A stretch of 64,000 bases of DNA, from the NCBI GenBank assembly GCA_963766075.1, contig CAVYAN010000113.1, forward strand, positions 32,845 to 96,844, written 5' to 3'. Numbering within the stretch: the first letter of the stretch is position 1; every line of letters begins with the position of its first letter. The notes under the pieces were generated by a model. The model was given only the letters and a program-made list of their open reading frames with translations. It was not told where the DNA came from and did no database searches. A program made the position numbers and the translations under genes. Origin of the DNA: an uncultured cyanobacterium (GTDB lineage: Bacteria > Cyanobacteriota > Cyanobacteriia > Leptolyngbyales > Leptolyngbyaceae). Of this stretch, positions 20,833-31,626 are shown one piece after another.

Positions 20833-21798
20833 ATGACCCAACACACCTTAAAGGCAACCTGTGACACCGTACATCTGGGGGGCTTTTCGTCCCAATTACC
20901 GCCGGCTTTGGTGGTGGAGTCCGGCGATCGCATTGATGTTCAAACCTTTTCGGGGTTCCATGTCTGGGAACAGGCCCCTGCCGCCTTTGTACCGCCGGAG
21001 TTTCGGGCAATTTGTACGGAATTAAACCGCGATCGCCGGGTTGGCCCAGGTCCTCATCTGCTCACGGGACCGATCTTTGTCACGGGGGCAGCACCGGGGG
21101 ATGTGTTGGAAGTGCAATTGGAGGCGATCGCCCCCAGTTTGCCTATCGGCTTTAATGCTATCCGTCCTGGCTGGGGGGCCTTGCCCGCCACCTTTACCCA
21201 GGCCGCCCTACGATTTATTCCCCTCGACCTGGAGCAGCAGGTGGCTGAATTTCCTGCAAACAGTGGGATTAAGATTCCATTGCGCCCATTTTTTGGGATT
21301 TTGGGCGTGGCCACTGCCGAAACGGATCGCTCCTCCATTCCCCCTGGTTACTACGGCGGCAATATTGACAACCGCCACTTGCAGGCCGGATCGCGATTAT
21401 TCTTGCCCATTTCCCTGCCGGGAGCCCTGTTTTCCATTGGCGATGGTCACGCGGTCCAGGGTGATGGTGAAGTCGATGTCACAGCAATTGAAACCTCCAT
21501 GAACGGTACGATTCGCCTGATTGTTCGTCGGGACTTATCCCTCACCATGCCCCTTGTCGAAACCGCGACCGACATTATTACCCTTGGGTTTGGGCCGACG
21601 TTAGACATTGCCCTAGAACAAGCCCTGACCCAAATGATCCATTTCCTTGAGCGATTCCTCGGCCTCACCGCTGAGGATGCCTATGTTCTCTGTAGTCTTG
21701 CGGTTCATTTCCACATCACTCAAGTTGTCAATAGTCCCCAGAAAGGTGTCCATGGCCTTCTGCCCAAGGCAATTTTGCCTCAGCCGCTGAAACTTTAG
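20833..21798 (+). CDS. Acetamidase/formamidase family protein
   Basis: HLLTGPIFVTGAAPGDVLEV, GGNIDN, GDGHAVQGDGEV, AYVLCSLA. Confidence 0.9.
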   Translation: MTQHTLKATCDTVHLGGFSSQLPPALVVESGDRIDVQTFSGFHVWEQAPAAFVPPEFRAICTELNRDRRVGPGPHLLTGPIFVTGAAPGDVLEVQLEAIAPSLPIGFNAIRPGWGALPATFTQAALRFIPLDLEQQVAEFPANSGIKIPLRPFFGILGVATAETDRSSIPPGYYGGNIDNRHLQAGSRLFLPISLPGALFSIGDGHAVQGDGEVDVTAIETSMNGTIRLIVRRDLSLTMPLVETATDIITLGFGPTLDIALEQALTQMIHFLERFLGLTAEDAYVLCSLAVHFHITQVVNSPQKGVHGLLPKAILPQPLKL

Positions 21799-21887
21799 GG
21801 GATGCTTTAGATTTTAGATTTTGGCGTGGGTGGGTGCGGGGCCTCGGCGGTTCAGTTGGGCTTGGCATAGCAACTGGCACGGTGGCA

Positions 21888-24800
21888 CTAGATCGATAGG
21901 CTCAACTGGGAACCCGCATCAGTTTTGAACACTTCAATGCGAGACTGGAAGGCTTCTCGAAAGTGGGGCACATGGGTGACCGTGAGGATGCAGGCAAAGT
22001 CAGCGGCGATCGCATTAATGGCAGCGATAAGGCGATCGCAGCCTTCGGCATCCTGGGTGCCAAAGCCCTCATCGATAATGAGCAGTTGCAGGGCGGTGCC
22101 GGATTGGCGGGCCAGTAATTTGGAGAGGGCTAACCGAATCGCAAAATTGACGCGAAAGGCTTCTCCGCCGGAATAGGTCTCGTAGGGGCGCGTACCGTTG
22201 GCATCGGCAATTAAGATATCGAGGGTTTCAATTGGCTTTGGTGATGTGGATGAATGGGGTGAGATAGATGATGAATTGGATTTTGATTTTTGGGTGCGTG
22301 TGTTGGTGCGTGTGTGAGTTCTTTGTGTAATAAATTGAATGTGCAGTTGGTTATTGCTTAAACGACTGAGGATATGATTCGTTTCAGATTCTAATTCCGG
22401 CAGAACGTTTTCAATCATCAAAGTTTGAATGCCATTTTTTCCAAAGGCGATCGCGAGTTCTTGGTAAATGCGGTATTGACGATGCGCACTGGCGAGTTGC
22501 TTTTCCAGGGTGATCTGCTGAATGCTCAGGCTTTGAAATTGCTGCTGCTGCTGTTGCAGGCGGCCCAGGTTGGCCAGTTGACTGTCTAGGTGCGATCGCC
22601 GCTGCTGGAGGGATTGTTCCAACGCGGGCAAGGTAGCCTGACAGTCTGGCACGGTTTGCAACTGCTTTAGCAACTCCGCCAACTGCGTCTCGCTCTGCTG
22701 GAATTGATGATGGCGTTCCTGGAGTGTCTGCATAATGTGCTGTAGCCGCTGTTGCACCTGGGGGTATTGATGCTGGGCCTGCTCCAGTTCTTGATAACGC
22801 AGTTGCCACGTCTGGGCTTGGCGCACTGTGATCCGCAAAGCGTGATGTCGATCGGCATCATAACCAATGCGCGCGTGCTGCCGATCAAATTCCTTGAATT
22901 GGGCCTCGGTTTCGGCATGAAGTTGCTGTGACTGTTGATCGAGATGGGTAATTTGGGCTTGGAGGTGGGGCAGACGCTGCTCTAGGGCCGCCTGCCGTCG
23001 CTGGGCCTGTTTAATCTCGGCCTGTTTAATTTCGGCCCAACGCCAGCGATCCACCAGTCCTCGGGCTAAGGCGTGATTGCGATCGTCATAGTTTAACTGC
23101 TGCAAACTGTGTTCCAGCAGGCGCAATTCCTCCCTTAGTTCCGATTCAAACTCCTGCGCTTGCAACGTGTGTTCTAGTTTGGCAATCTCGGCTCGGGTGT
23201 GTTGCAGGGTTGTTTGCACGCCCGTTGTGACCTGTAACTGTTCCTGTAGTTGTCCTCGGTGTTCCAGAATTGTGCCGTACTGGGCCAAATCTTGTTCCAG
23301 TTCCCAATATTCCTGCCGCAAAATTTGAATTTCCCGTTCGGAGACGGCCAACTGCTCCCGCACAACCCAAAGTTGATCGAGAATTTCCTGCTGTTCTAGG
23401 CGGTGCTTGTCCAGCACCAAATGCCAGTGGTGTTTGTCCAGCGGGCGATCGCACAGGGGACAGGCGGGATAGGCGATCGGCTCCGCTAGTGGAGAATTCA
23501 GAACAGCCAGAGGATGGGTAGTCGCTGTTGGCTCTAGCAAGCCCGCTTCTGAATCAGCTTCTGGATCAGCGGCGTCTGGTAAGCTTGCTTCGGAAAAGTC
23601 CGCAGTGTTGAAGACCCATTCCTCGGCGTCGGCGATCGCCGACGCCATCTCATCACTGTGGCCCGCATCCTGATGTTCCAAGCCCTGCCGCAGCAATTGC
23701 AATTTCTGTTCAAGTTCACCTAACTGTGTTTCGTACTCGCGCTGGTGCGCCTGCAAACGCTCCATAAAGCTGCGGCGTTCCAACCCTTTTTCCCGCACCC
23801 GCTGCTGATAAATGCGCTGCTTTTCCAGGGCCTCAAGGCGATCGCAAATGTCTTGGGCGGCCTCGGTTAGCTGGGGTTGGCGGGCTTGCTGTGCTTCTAG
23901 ACCCTGGGCTGTGGCCTGTAGTTCCTCCAAGCGCGCCGATAGACGAGCGGTGGCGCGGTCCAGTTGGGTATGGATCTGCTGTTGGCGTTGCAGGAGGGGA
24001 GCCACCTGGGTTTGCAATTGATCGAGATGGCTGAGGGTGAGGCGGGCTTGGTGCAGTTCTTGGAGGGCAGCAGCCACTTCGGGAGATTTTTGGAGGATTG
24101 CTTGAATTTCGGCTTCCTGCTGGCGGAGTCCGGTCAGTTCTGTTTGTAACTGCTGCCGCTGAATTTGCAGGGCGGAAATGTGCTCGGATTGCTGGTGTTG
24201 GTATTGCTGGCGCTGGGCCTGGAGGGTTTGACTGGCCTGCTGGCGGGTGGATAAACGCTCTTCTTCGCGGTGCAGATCTTGTAAATGGGCGTAGCCTGTG
24301 GCGATCGCGTCGGCTTGATTGAGCAGTGTTTCCAGAGTGCTCAACTGCTGCTGTAGAGTGGCTAGATCTTGACGCAATCGCTGACAGTCATGATGAAGAT
24401 TTTGGTGTTGCTGCTGTTGCCAAGCCAGTTGTTTTTCCCAAATCTGGCGTTGTTGATGCTGCATTTGCATCTGCTGCAGATGCAGATGATCGCGTTCCAT
24501 CTGGGCTTGAATTTCAGCGATCGTAGCTTCCAGCTCAGCGTGTTCCTGTAGGGTTTGTACGCGCGGTTGCAACTGAGCCTGAATGCTGGCTAGGTGCTGT
24601 TCCGTACTGTCGATGTGCCCTTTGATCTGGCGAGCCTGTTCCTTTGCCCGCTCCGCCAGCAGATCGTACTGTGACAGTTTCAGCAAATCTGCTAATACTT
24701 GTTTGCGATCGCCCGGTCGCTTCACCATGAATTCGTCCGCTCGTCCCTGCCGTAAATAGGCCGAGTTGACAAAAGTCTCATAGTCTAGCTTGATATGCTC

Positions 24801-25202
24801 GACAATTAACTGCTGGGTGGCACGCACGCCCTTGCCGGTAATCGAACGAAAGGTCCACGCCTCGGGACTCCTGTCGTGGACCTTTCCGTCTGGCAGACCT
24901 ACGGCGACCTGCAATTCCAGAAGCATGCCTTGTCCCCGCGTGCGACTGCGGATAATCCGATAGACTTGCTGATGGCTGACAAAGACAAAATCGACCAAGG
25001 CTTCGCCCGTGCCCATGTGGATGACATCATCCTCCGTGGCAGCTCGGCTTTGGCCCCAGAGTGCCCAGGCGATCGCTTCCAGCAGGGACGATTTACCGGC
25101 CCCGTTGGCCCCGCAAATGCAGGCTGTGTGTAGCCCCTGAAAATTTAGGGTGGCCTCCCGATAGCTCAGGAAATTCCTTAGGGTTAGGTGTTGAGGAATC
25201 AT
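21888..25202 (-). CDS. sbcC: SbcC/Rad50-like exonuclease ATPase subunit
   Basis: Walker A GANGAGKSS, long coiled coils, Zn-hook CPLC, signature YSGGE, Walker B IIDEGFG. Confidence 0.92.
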   Translation of the reverse strand: MIPQHLTLRNFLSYREATLNFQGLHTACICGANGAGKSSLLEAIAWALWGQSRAATEDDVIHMGTGEALVDFVFVSHQQVYRIIRSRTRGQGMLLELQVAVGLPDGKVHDRSPEAWTFRSITGKGVRATQQLIVEHIKLDYETFVNSAYLRQGRADEFMVKRPGDRKQVLADLLKLSQYDLLAERAKEQARQIKGHIDSTEQHLASIQAQLQPRVQTLQEHAELEATIAEIQAQMERDHLHLQQMQMQHQQRQIWEKQLAWQQQQHQNLHHDCQRLRQDLATLQQQLSTLETLLNQADAIATGYAHLQDLHREEERLSTRQQASQTLQAQRQQYQHQQSEHISALQIQRQQLQTELTGLRQQEAEIQAILQKSPEVAAALQELHQARLTLSHLDQLQTQVAPLLQRQQQIHTQLDRATARLSARLEELQATAQGLEAQQARQPQLTEAAQDICDRLEALEKQRIYQQRVREKGLERRSFMERLQAHQREYETQLGELEQKLQLLRQGLEHQDAGHSDEMASAIADAEEWVFNTADFSEASLPDAADPEADSEAGLLEPTATTHPLAVLNSPLAEPIAYPACPLCDRPLDKHHWHLVLDKHRLEQQEILDQLWVVREQLAVSEREIQILRQEYWELEQDLAQYGTILEHRGQLQEQLQVTTGVQTTLQHTRAEIAKLEHTLQAQEFESELREELRLLEHSLQQLNYDDRNHALARGLVDRWRWAEIKQAEIKQAQRRQAALEQRLPHLQAQITHLDQQSQQLHAETEAQFKEFDRQHARIGYDADRHHALRITVRQAQTWQLRYQELEQAQHQYPQVQQRLQHIMQTLQERHHQFQQSETQLAELLKQLQTVPDCQATLPALEQSLQQRRSHLDSQLANLGRLQQQQQQFQSLSIQQITLEKQLASAHRQYRIYQELAIAFGKNGIQTLMIENVLPELESETNHILSRLSNNQLHIQFITQRTHTRTNTRTQKSKSNSSSISPHSSTSPKPIETLDILIADANGTRPYETYSGGEAFRVNFAIRLALSKLLARQSGTALQLLIIDEGFGTQDAEGCDRLIAAINAIAADFACILTVTHVPHFREAFQSRIEVFKTDAGSQLSLSI

Positions 25203-25263
25203 GCAGGCATAGAAAGCGCGCGAAACCCGTGCTTCCATTCCAGCTTAGCAGTACAAACGCCCT

Positions 25264-26088
25264 TCAGTACGGACGAACTGCGGTAAATTTTGCCACCGGG
25301 CAAAGGGGTTGGCTGCGGTTGGCTGCACCGTTGGCGGGTGGGATATTGCCCTGTAAGCAACTGCGAATGCCGGCAGCCCAAGCCTGAAGCGCCTGGGAAT
25401 AGGCGGCGCGGGCCTGCTGTTGCTGGGAAGAGAGGATGGGCAGCGATCGCGGACCTGGGGAAGACATCCCGGTGATCGTAACAACTGAAGCGGCCCCAGT
25501 CGGCGTGGTTATGCTGGGAGTCGGCGTGGCTAGGCTGGGAGTCGTTAGGCTGGGAGCCGCTATAGTTGAGGTGCCTAGGGTCGAGGCTATTTCGGGTGCT
25601 GGGATTGGGGGAGTTGTAGCGGGCTGATCGGCGGGCCGGGGCGGAAGGTCGGGAACACGCACCACGGGGATTAAGCGTTGACGGGATGCTGCTGGGGTGG
25701 GTGCTGTCCGACTGACGGACCTTTCTGATTGTGCCGACCAGTCGGGTGTCGGAAAGTCCGTTGCTTGGAGTTCTAGGGCAGGCTCCGTTGTCACAGCGGG
25801 AGATCCAGGGCCGGAGGCATCGGTGCTGGCGATACGGGGGGGATTGGGGCGGGTGATGCGGGAGGTATCGGGCTGGGGCTGCCGCTCTGGTTGGGCAATG
25901 GCGATCAGGGGCGGTGGCAGTACGGCAGTGACAGCAGCGATCGCCTGATCTTCGAGGGTAGCGACGTTTTGGCTCAGGGATGCCATTGTGGAGTCTGGAT
26001 TGAGTGCTGTTGCTGTGGCGGCGTGGTGACATTCGCCCACGGCCCAGAGAGAAAACGTGCAAACCGCCAGCTTCTTTGAGGCATGCAT
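25264..26088 (-). CDS. Pro/Thr-rich hypothetical protein
   Basis: 274-aa ORF co-oriented between rsmD and sbcC; low-complexity middle and a short C-terminal helical segment with two Cys. Confidence 0.5.
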   Translation of the reverse strand: MHASKKLAVCTFSLWAVGECHHAATATALNPDSTMASLSQNVATLEDQAIAAVTAVLPPPLIAIAQPERQPQPDTSRITRPNPPRIASTDASGPGSPAVTTEPALELQATDFPTPDWSAQSERSVSRTAPTPAASRQRLIPVVRVPDLPPRPADQPATTPPIPAPEIASTLGTSTIAAPSLTTPSLATPTPSITTPTGAASVVTITGMSSPGPRSLPILSSQQQQARAAYSQALQAWAAGIRSCLQGNIPPANGAANRSQPLCPVAKFTAVRPY

Positions 26089-26209
26089 GCCGAAACCATC
26101 CCGTTGTGATCAGAATTTTCCTGGCTTTACATCTTGAGATCGCGGCGATCCGGACAATTTCATCCCAAGTTACAAAGTTTTCTGATTTTTTCTGATTTCT
26201 GCGCCGGAC

Positions 26210-26792
26210 TTATAGTCCGGCGGTTGTCGAAGGGGCGTCTAGATCATCCACGGTGGTGCGGTAAAAGGTTAAGGCCGTGTTGCCGTAGACCTTCTGCCGA
26301 CAGATTTCCAGCGGCGGGGGCGCGGGCAGCGATCGCTGATTAAACCGATGTTCAGCGGCGAGTTCGCCCGCTGGTGCTAACAGGTGTAATTGGGCGATGG
26401 CTTCCAGCACTGGTTGATACAAGCCACTGCCGTAGGGCGGATCCAGATAAATGCGGTCAAACTGCTGTCCTGTCAAGGTTTTGAGCCTTTTGTAAAATCT
26501 CCCCCTTGAGAATTTGGGTCTGCTGCTCCGGACGGCTCACCTGCTGCCAATTGTCCCGAATCACCGCACAGGCTTTGGGCGATTGCTCAATGGCTACCAC
26601 ATGACGGGCTCCCCGACAGAGGGCCTCTGCTCCCATGGATCCACTACCCGCACACAAATCGAGCCAGCGACAGCCGGAAATTTCTCCCTGCCAAATGTTA
26701 AAAAGTGCCTGCCGCACCCGCGCCAAAGTTGGGCGGGTGTCTTCTCCAGGCAGGGTTTTCAGCAAGCGATTGCCATAAATTCGCAGGCTCAT
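26210..26792 (-). CDS. rsmD: 16S rRNA (guanine(966)-N2)-methyltransferase RsmD (frameshift near 26485)
   Basis: TRPTLARVRQALFNI and LDLCAGSGSMGAEALCRGA, then IYLDPPY...YGNTALTFY in the next frame. Confidence 0.9.
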
Positions 26793-27454
26793 CGCGCGGC
26801 CCTAAACCCTGGACCAGCCAGACTGGATTGGGCCTGCGTCACAAGCTGGACAAAATTGGCCAAGATGCGTAGCCCAGAATCTGCGGACTTTTCGGGATGG
26901 AACTGGACGCCCATGAGGTTATCCTGGGCGATCGCCACCGTCACTGTCTGACTCCCGTGGGTAATCATGCCGGCCCGCAACCGGTCCTCTGTCGGATCGA
27001 CGTAATAGGAATGGACAAAATATAACCATGGATGGGCAGGCAACTGTTGCCAAAGGCCACAGTCCGGCTGAACGATTTGCAATTGGTGCCAGCCCATATT
27101 CGGAATTGTAATTCCCGGTTCTGGGCGAAACCGGCGCACTACCCCTGGCACAATTCCCAGGCCCGGATCCCGTCCTTCCTCCCCGGATTCAAACAGAGCT
27201 TGCAGCCCCATGCAAATGCCTAAAAAGGGTTTACCACTGGCAATGACTTGTTTAATGGGGGTTTCCAGGTGGCGGGCGCGAATGCCCTGAAGTGTGGGAT
27301 CCCACGCTCCCACTCCTGGCAAAACCACGCCATCGGCCTGCGCCAGTTCACGAGCTGAGTCAGTCACATGAGGAATTGCACCGGCTTTTTCCAGGGCCTT
27401 ACAGGCCGAGTGCAAGTTGCCCGCGTCATAGTCAATTACAGCGATTTTTACCAT
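26789..27454 (-). CDS. hisH: Imidazole glycerol phosphate synthase glutaminase subunit
   Basis: IDYDAGNL, LPGVG, LGICMGLQ, YFVHSY, QFHPEKS. Confidence 0.97.
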   Translation of the reverse strand: MVKIAVIDYDAGNLHSACKALEKAGAIPHVTDSARELAQADGVVLPGVGAWDPTLQGIRARHLETPIKQVIASGKPFLGICMGLQALFESGEEGRDPGLGIVPGVVRRFRPEPGITIPNMGWHQLQIVQPDCGLWQQLPAHPWLYFVHSYYVDPTEDRLRAGMITHGSQTVTVAIAQDNLMGVQFHPEKSADSGLRILANFVQLVTQAQSSLAGPGFRAAR

Positions 27455-27555
27455 CCTGTCTCCCCGTTGCCCCGGAATAGATATTCTCTAGAAGATTGTA
27501 GTATGCCTGCTGCATTCGGTTGGCACAGGCAGCGGGCTGGAGGATGAACTAGCAA

Positions 27556-28020
27556 TCATTCTAGAGACGTTGGGGTGGACTGGGGATGCCGATAGCCGTA
27601 GAAATCAATGCGATAGTCTGTGATTTTGACGCCGGTTTGGGCCTCGATTAGCTGAATTACGGATTCTGGCAGCTCGACATTCACGTCCAAAATTTGTTGG
27701 GTATCTAAGCAATTCACATGGCTATGGGAATCGCTGATATTGCCGTAGAGTCGTCCGTCCGATCGCTCCAAACACTCGATAATTCCCTGATCGGAGAGAG
27801 CTTCCAAATTTTGATAGACAGAGGTGTGCCCAATCTCTTTCCCCTGTTGATTCAGGCGATCGTAAATGTCCCGCGCCGAGAGGTGTTCGCGCTCTTGCCA
27901 CAGCAACTCCAGGATAAACCGCCGCTGCCGACTGAGGCGCATGCCCAAATCCTGACACCGCTCCAGCGCATCATCTAGCGATCGAATGGGTTTTGCAGGC
28001 GCTTCAGGACCGGTGACCAT
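27556..28020 (-). CDS. fur: Fur family transcriptional regulator
   Basis: MRLSRQRRFILELL, IGHTSVYQNL, HSHVNC. Confidence 0.88.
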   Translation of the reverse strand: MVTGPEAPAKPIRSLDDALERCQDLGMRLSRQRRFILELLWQEREHLSARDIYDRLNQQGKEIGHTSVYQNLEALSDQGIIECLERSDGRLYGNISDSHSHVNCLDTQQILDVNVELPESVIQLIEAQTGVKITDYRIDFYGYRHPQSTPTSLE

Positions 28021-28438
28021 AGGAGTAAAGAGATTTAGATTATGAAAAGGTTATTTGTAGGCTAATGATCTAGAGTACAGTTCTATCACAGGCTAAGACA
28101 AAGTCGCTACAAGTTTGGATTAGTCTTTACAAATTGTCTTGACAAATAAGCTGGATTGCCCGCCGCTGGATTGCCGGACTCTTCCGAGGCTGGACCCGAC
28201 AGCAGGATGAAGTCCCAAAGCCGCCGCCGGATTTCTAAGGATGCATGGGCTGGTAATCCAAGGGCGAGATCGCAGTGCTTCTTGCCGAGGTTTCTAGCCC
28301 TGGTGACCACTTTGTTCCAGAATAGAAAAGCACCGTTCAGCCGAATTTTGAATTGTTATGCCCCAGCTCTCGCTTTTGACGGTACGCCTCTCATCATTAC
28401 TCTCTAGTGCGATCGCCTTTGCGGTGATCCCTGGCCTG

Positions 28439-29023
28439 ATGAAACGAGGGCTGCCGGGACTACGGCTACCAGCTTTTGGGGTCCGCCGCTTATCCTTATT
28501 CTTGATTTTGTTGCTGGGTTGTCTGAGTTTGCTGGGCACGCCGATGGCCTGGGCTGGACTGAACGACGACCGCTTTGACGGAGATATTTTTGCCCTCTAT
28601 GCGGGCAATGGTTCTCTGGTGCCGCCTAAGGTTTCCCTGGCCCAGGCCCTCACGCGCGATCGCCCCGCCTTGATGGTGCTGTATGCCGACGACAGCAGCG
28701 ACTGTAAGCAATTTTCCTCCGTGGTTTCCCAAGTGCAGGCATTCTACGGGCGGGCGATCGAAATTCTGCCGGTGCGGGCCGATGGGATTCCGTCCCTGTC
28801 CCGCTATGCTCCTAACGAACCGGGTTACTACTTTACGGGGGTTGTGCCCCAAACGGTGCTGTTTGACGCCCAAGGCCAGGTCGTATTGAACGAGGCCGGG
28901 TCGATTCCCTATGAAAAAATTGACGATAAGCTGCGTCAGTTGTTCGACCTGTTGCCCCGGACTGAATCCGTGGCCCTCCAACGCCGTCAGTTGAATGAAT
29001 TAACGACGGAACTGCGGAATTAG
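28439..29023 (+). CDS. Thioredoxin-like thylakoid protein (photosystem I accumulation factor family)
   Basis: Signal peptide, then DDRFDGDIFALYAGNGSLVPP and DDSSDCKQF; start codon uncertain. Confidence 0.75.
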   Translation: MKRGLPGLRLPAFGVRRLSLFLILLLGCLSLLGTPMAWAGLNDDRFDGDIFALYAGNGSLVPPKVSLAQALTRDRPALMVLYADDSSDCKQFSSVVSQVQAFYGRAIEILPVRADGIPSLSRYAPNEPGYYFTGVVPQTVLFDAQGQVVLNEAGSIPYEKIDDKLRQLFDLLPRTESVALQRRQLNELTTELRN

Positions 29024-29154
29024 CCCGTGGAGGCATAGCGGTGCCGGGGAAATTTTCTCCCCAGCCCCTTGACTACTCCGGGCCAGACAATCACTATACA
29101 GACAGCAGGGTACACCGGCTCAGCCCCGCTTCAGTCGTGTATAGGACTTGCCTG

Positions 29155-29766
29155 ATGTCACAGGTCTACAGCACAGCGGAACTACTGGTCATTTTGGCAA
29201 ACGAGCGCAAAGCCTGTATGAATGGGCAACGCCTCAGTCTTGCGGCCAGTCCTACGGGATTTAGTCCTGTACTGGACCAGTTTCTTTGCACTGACGGCAT
29301 TCAAAAATTTACGGCCTACAATGATTTTCGGGCCACGATTCATCAGTACCAGCGGGATCACCGGGTGTCTGGGTTGGTCTGGCAAACATTGCAGGTGAAC
29401 GGCCAGACGTTGACCTATCCCAAGGTCCACGAGGATTTAATTGCGCTTCCCAATGACTTGGCGGTTATCGGTGCGGCAAAGCCTGAAATTTTTACGTTTT
29501 GGCGCACTACGACGACTGGGTTGGACTTTTATCTCAGCTTGACGGGGGGAAAGGTTCATCAACCGATTAGCGCCAGTGATGTGGAGCGGATTGCCCACCG
29601 GACTGCCTGGATGACGCTCTGCGCCCAAGGCCAAGGCGTAACCTTGGAGTTGATTCTGCAACTGGGCTGGGGCAAGCCGGAGGAATCCACCTATCGGCGA
29701 GGATTTCCGGATTCGGGCAGTGAATATGTCCACGCGGTGTATCCCGGCAGGCAGCCGATTACCTAG
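29155..29766 (+). CDS. Conserved cyanobacterial hypothetical protein
   Basis: YSTAELL.ILA.ER.AC..G.RL and GIQKFTAY..FR..IH.YQ pattern. Confidence 0.7.
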   Translation: MSQVYSTAELLVILANERKACMNGQRLSLAASPTGFSPVLDQFLCTDGIQKFTAYNDFRATIHQYQRDHRVSGLVWQTLQVNGQTLTYPKVHEDLIALPNDLAVIGAAKPEIFTFWRTTTTGLDFYLSLTGGKVHQPISASDVERIAHRTAWMTLCAQGQGVTLELILQLGWGKPEESTYRRGFPDSGSEYVHAVYPGRQPIT

Positions 29767-29856
29767 AGGTCAGGGCTAAATTACCCAGGTAAAAATTAAA
29801 ATCCAGAAGTGCAAAATTAAATTCGGCCAGGAGTTTAGAGGCTGCTCGCTGCCCTA

Positions 29857-31242
29857 TCAACTGCGGGTTTCGGCGATAATGCCTTGGACGCGTCCGTACC
29901 ATTTCAGGAGCACTTTGGCCAGGGCTTCGGGATTGTGTCGCACGAGGCTGGTGTTTTCGTCTTCGTACATCACATTGGCTAGCACAATCCGCCGTCCTGA
30001 CTGGGTGACGACATCGCGGTCTAGGGGGACGGGATTGGAATGCTCGTCGGCGTAGCGGATTAAAGCTCGGGCAGAGGGGACCTTTTTCTGGACCAAAACG
30101 GCATTGAATAGTTTTGTGCCGCAGGCACGGTCGATCGCCCGCATATGGTCGCCGACGCTGTAGCCCTCGGTTTCGCCCGGTTGGGTCATGATGTTGCAGA
30201 CGTAGATGCAGGGCACGTTGCGCTGGGCGATCGCCGTGCAAATGTCTGGCACTAACAGATTCGGAATTATGCTGGTATAGAGACTGCCGGGACCAATCAC
30301 GATGTAGTCGGCTTCCTCGATCGCCGTCAGGGCTTTGGGGAGGGCAGGGGGATTCGCGGGGGTACAGCCAATCCGGACAATTTTGCCCCGAGCCTCGGTA
30401 ATGTTGGACTCGCCTTCAATCCGGCGACCATCGGCCAGTTCTGCCCACAGGCTAACATCGCTAAGGGTGGCGGGGAGGACCTGCCCTCGAATTGCCAAGA
30501 CCTTAGAACTGGCGGCGATCGCCTGCTCCAAATCGCCCGTCACCTCACTCATGGCTGTCAGGAACAAATTGCCAAAGCTATGCCCTGTGAGGCCATCTCC
30601 CGCCTTAAACCGATACTGAAACAGTTCCGTTAATAATTTTTCTTCATCGGCTAACGCTGCCAAGCAATTGCGAATATCACCGGGAGGCAATACGCCGATT
30701 TCCCGCCGCAATCGTCCCGAAGATCCTCCATCATCGGCCACCGTCACAATCGCCGTTACGTTGGAACTGTAACGCTTCAAGCCTCTCAGTAGGGTTGAAA
30801 GGCCCGTCCCTCCACCCAGCACCACAATTCGAGGCCCTCGATTGAGTCGGCGATGATGCAATAACACATCCACTAACTCCTCATCCCCTTCTGGCATCAG
30901 CACTTCGGTAATGGATCCCAGCGTGCGCGTTTGGCCGAGCCATACCAGCAGTAACCCCAGGGCAATCACCACGGGACCACTAATGTAGTTCGGAAACCAG
31001 TCCGTAATGGTTTGCAGTAACTCTCGGGCCAGTTGGGTAAGGCGAAATACAGGGGTGCGTTTCATCCAAATGCCCAAGCCCACGGCGGCCATGACCACGC
31101 CAGTGGCACTGAGCAACAGCCATCGCTTGACCAGGAGTCCGGGTAGCAACCACTTAAACCAACGATTTACCCGCGCCGGAGTGAAGGAGCGAGACTCTTG
31201 TCGCAGAGCGTCAAGCGCCTGTTTCAGGAAAGCGTTCGTCAT
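29857..31242 (-). CDS. yvcK: YvcK/GlmR (UPF0052, gluconeogenesis factor) family protein with N-terminal TM region
   Basis: [41 protein letters not shown]. Confidence 0.92.
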   Translation of the reverse strand: MTNAFLKQALDALRQESRSFTPARVNRWFKWLLPGLLVKRWLLLSATGVVMAAVGLGIWMKRTPVFRLTQLARELLQTITDWFPNYISGPVVIALGLLLVWLGQTRTLGSITEVLMPEGDEELVDVLLHHRRLNRGPRIVVLGGGTGLSTLLRGLKRYSSNVTAIVTVADDGGSSGRLRREIGVLPPGDIRNCLAALADEEKLLTELFQYRFKAGDGLTGHSFGNLFLTAMSEVTGDLEQAIAASSKVLAIRGQVLPATLSDVSLWAELADGRRIEGESNITEARGKIVRIGCTPANPPALPKALTAIEEADYIVIGPGSLYTSIIPNLLVPDICTAIAQRNVPCIYVCNIMTQPGETEGYSVGDHMRAIDRACGTKLFNAVLVQKKVPSARALIRYADEHSNPVPLDRDVVTQSGRRIVLANVMYEDENTSLVRHNPEALAKVLLKWYGRVQGIIAETRS

Positions 31243-31528
31243 AGCGGGGGGATATTACTGGGGGGATGGGCAGGGAATGGGCGGGCAGAAGGGCGGGAAT
31301 TCTCTTGCTAACCTAGCAGCAGAATAACTCATGTTCTGGGATCTTGATTGCTGGTCCTGGTCGGCAAGAGGGGTGCGGAAACACCAGAATTACCTCTACA
31401 ATGCACTTTGATAAAGATTCAGTTTTCTCAACCAAAATGAAGGCTGGGATCAACATCTAAAGACCGGGATTGCCCCAACGGGGGTGATCAAAGTTCCCTT
31501 CCCCGAACAAATAAAATTAACGCTACCC

Positions 31529-31572
31529 AGATTGAGCACATCTAGATTGAGCACATCCAGATTAAGCACATT
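31529..31572. repeat. 15-bp tandem repeat (AGATTGAGCACATC x3)
   Basis: cagattgagcacatc tagattgagcacatc cagattaagcacatt. Confidence 0.85.
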
Positions 31573-31626
31573 TAAGTCAGATTGATCGAGTTGAGTCTGT
31601 TGAATGGGATTTCGGTATAGAGACGA

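Noticed and set aside
25199..26062. 287-aa Arg/Pro-rich ORF
   Set aside because: Alternative frame of the overlapping 25264-26088 ORF, with composition typical of a wrong frame in GC-rich DNA.
28140..28320. GC-rich structured-looking stretch between fur and the thioredoxin-like gene, considered as SRP RNA or a riboswitch
   Set aside because: The conserved SRP core (CAGG.CCGGAAGG.AGCAGC) and recognisable riboswitch motifs are absent on both strands.
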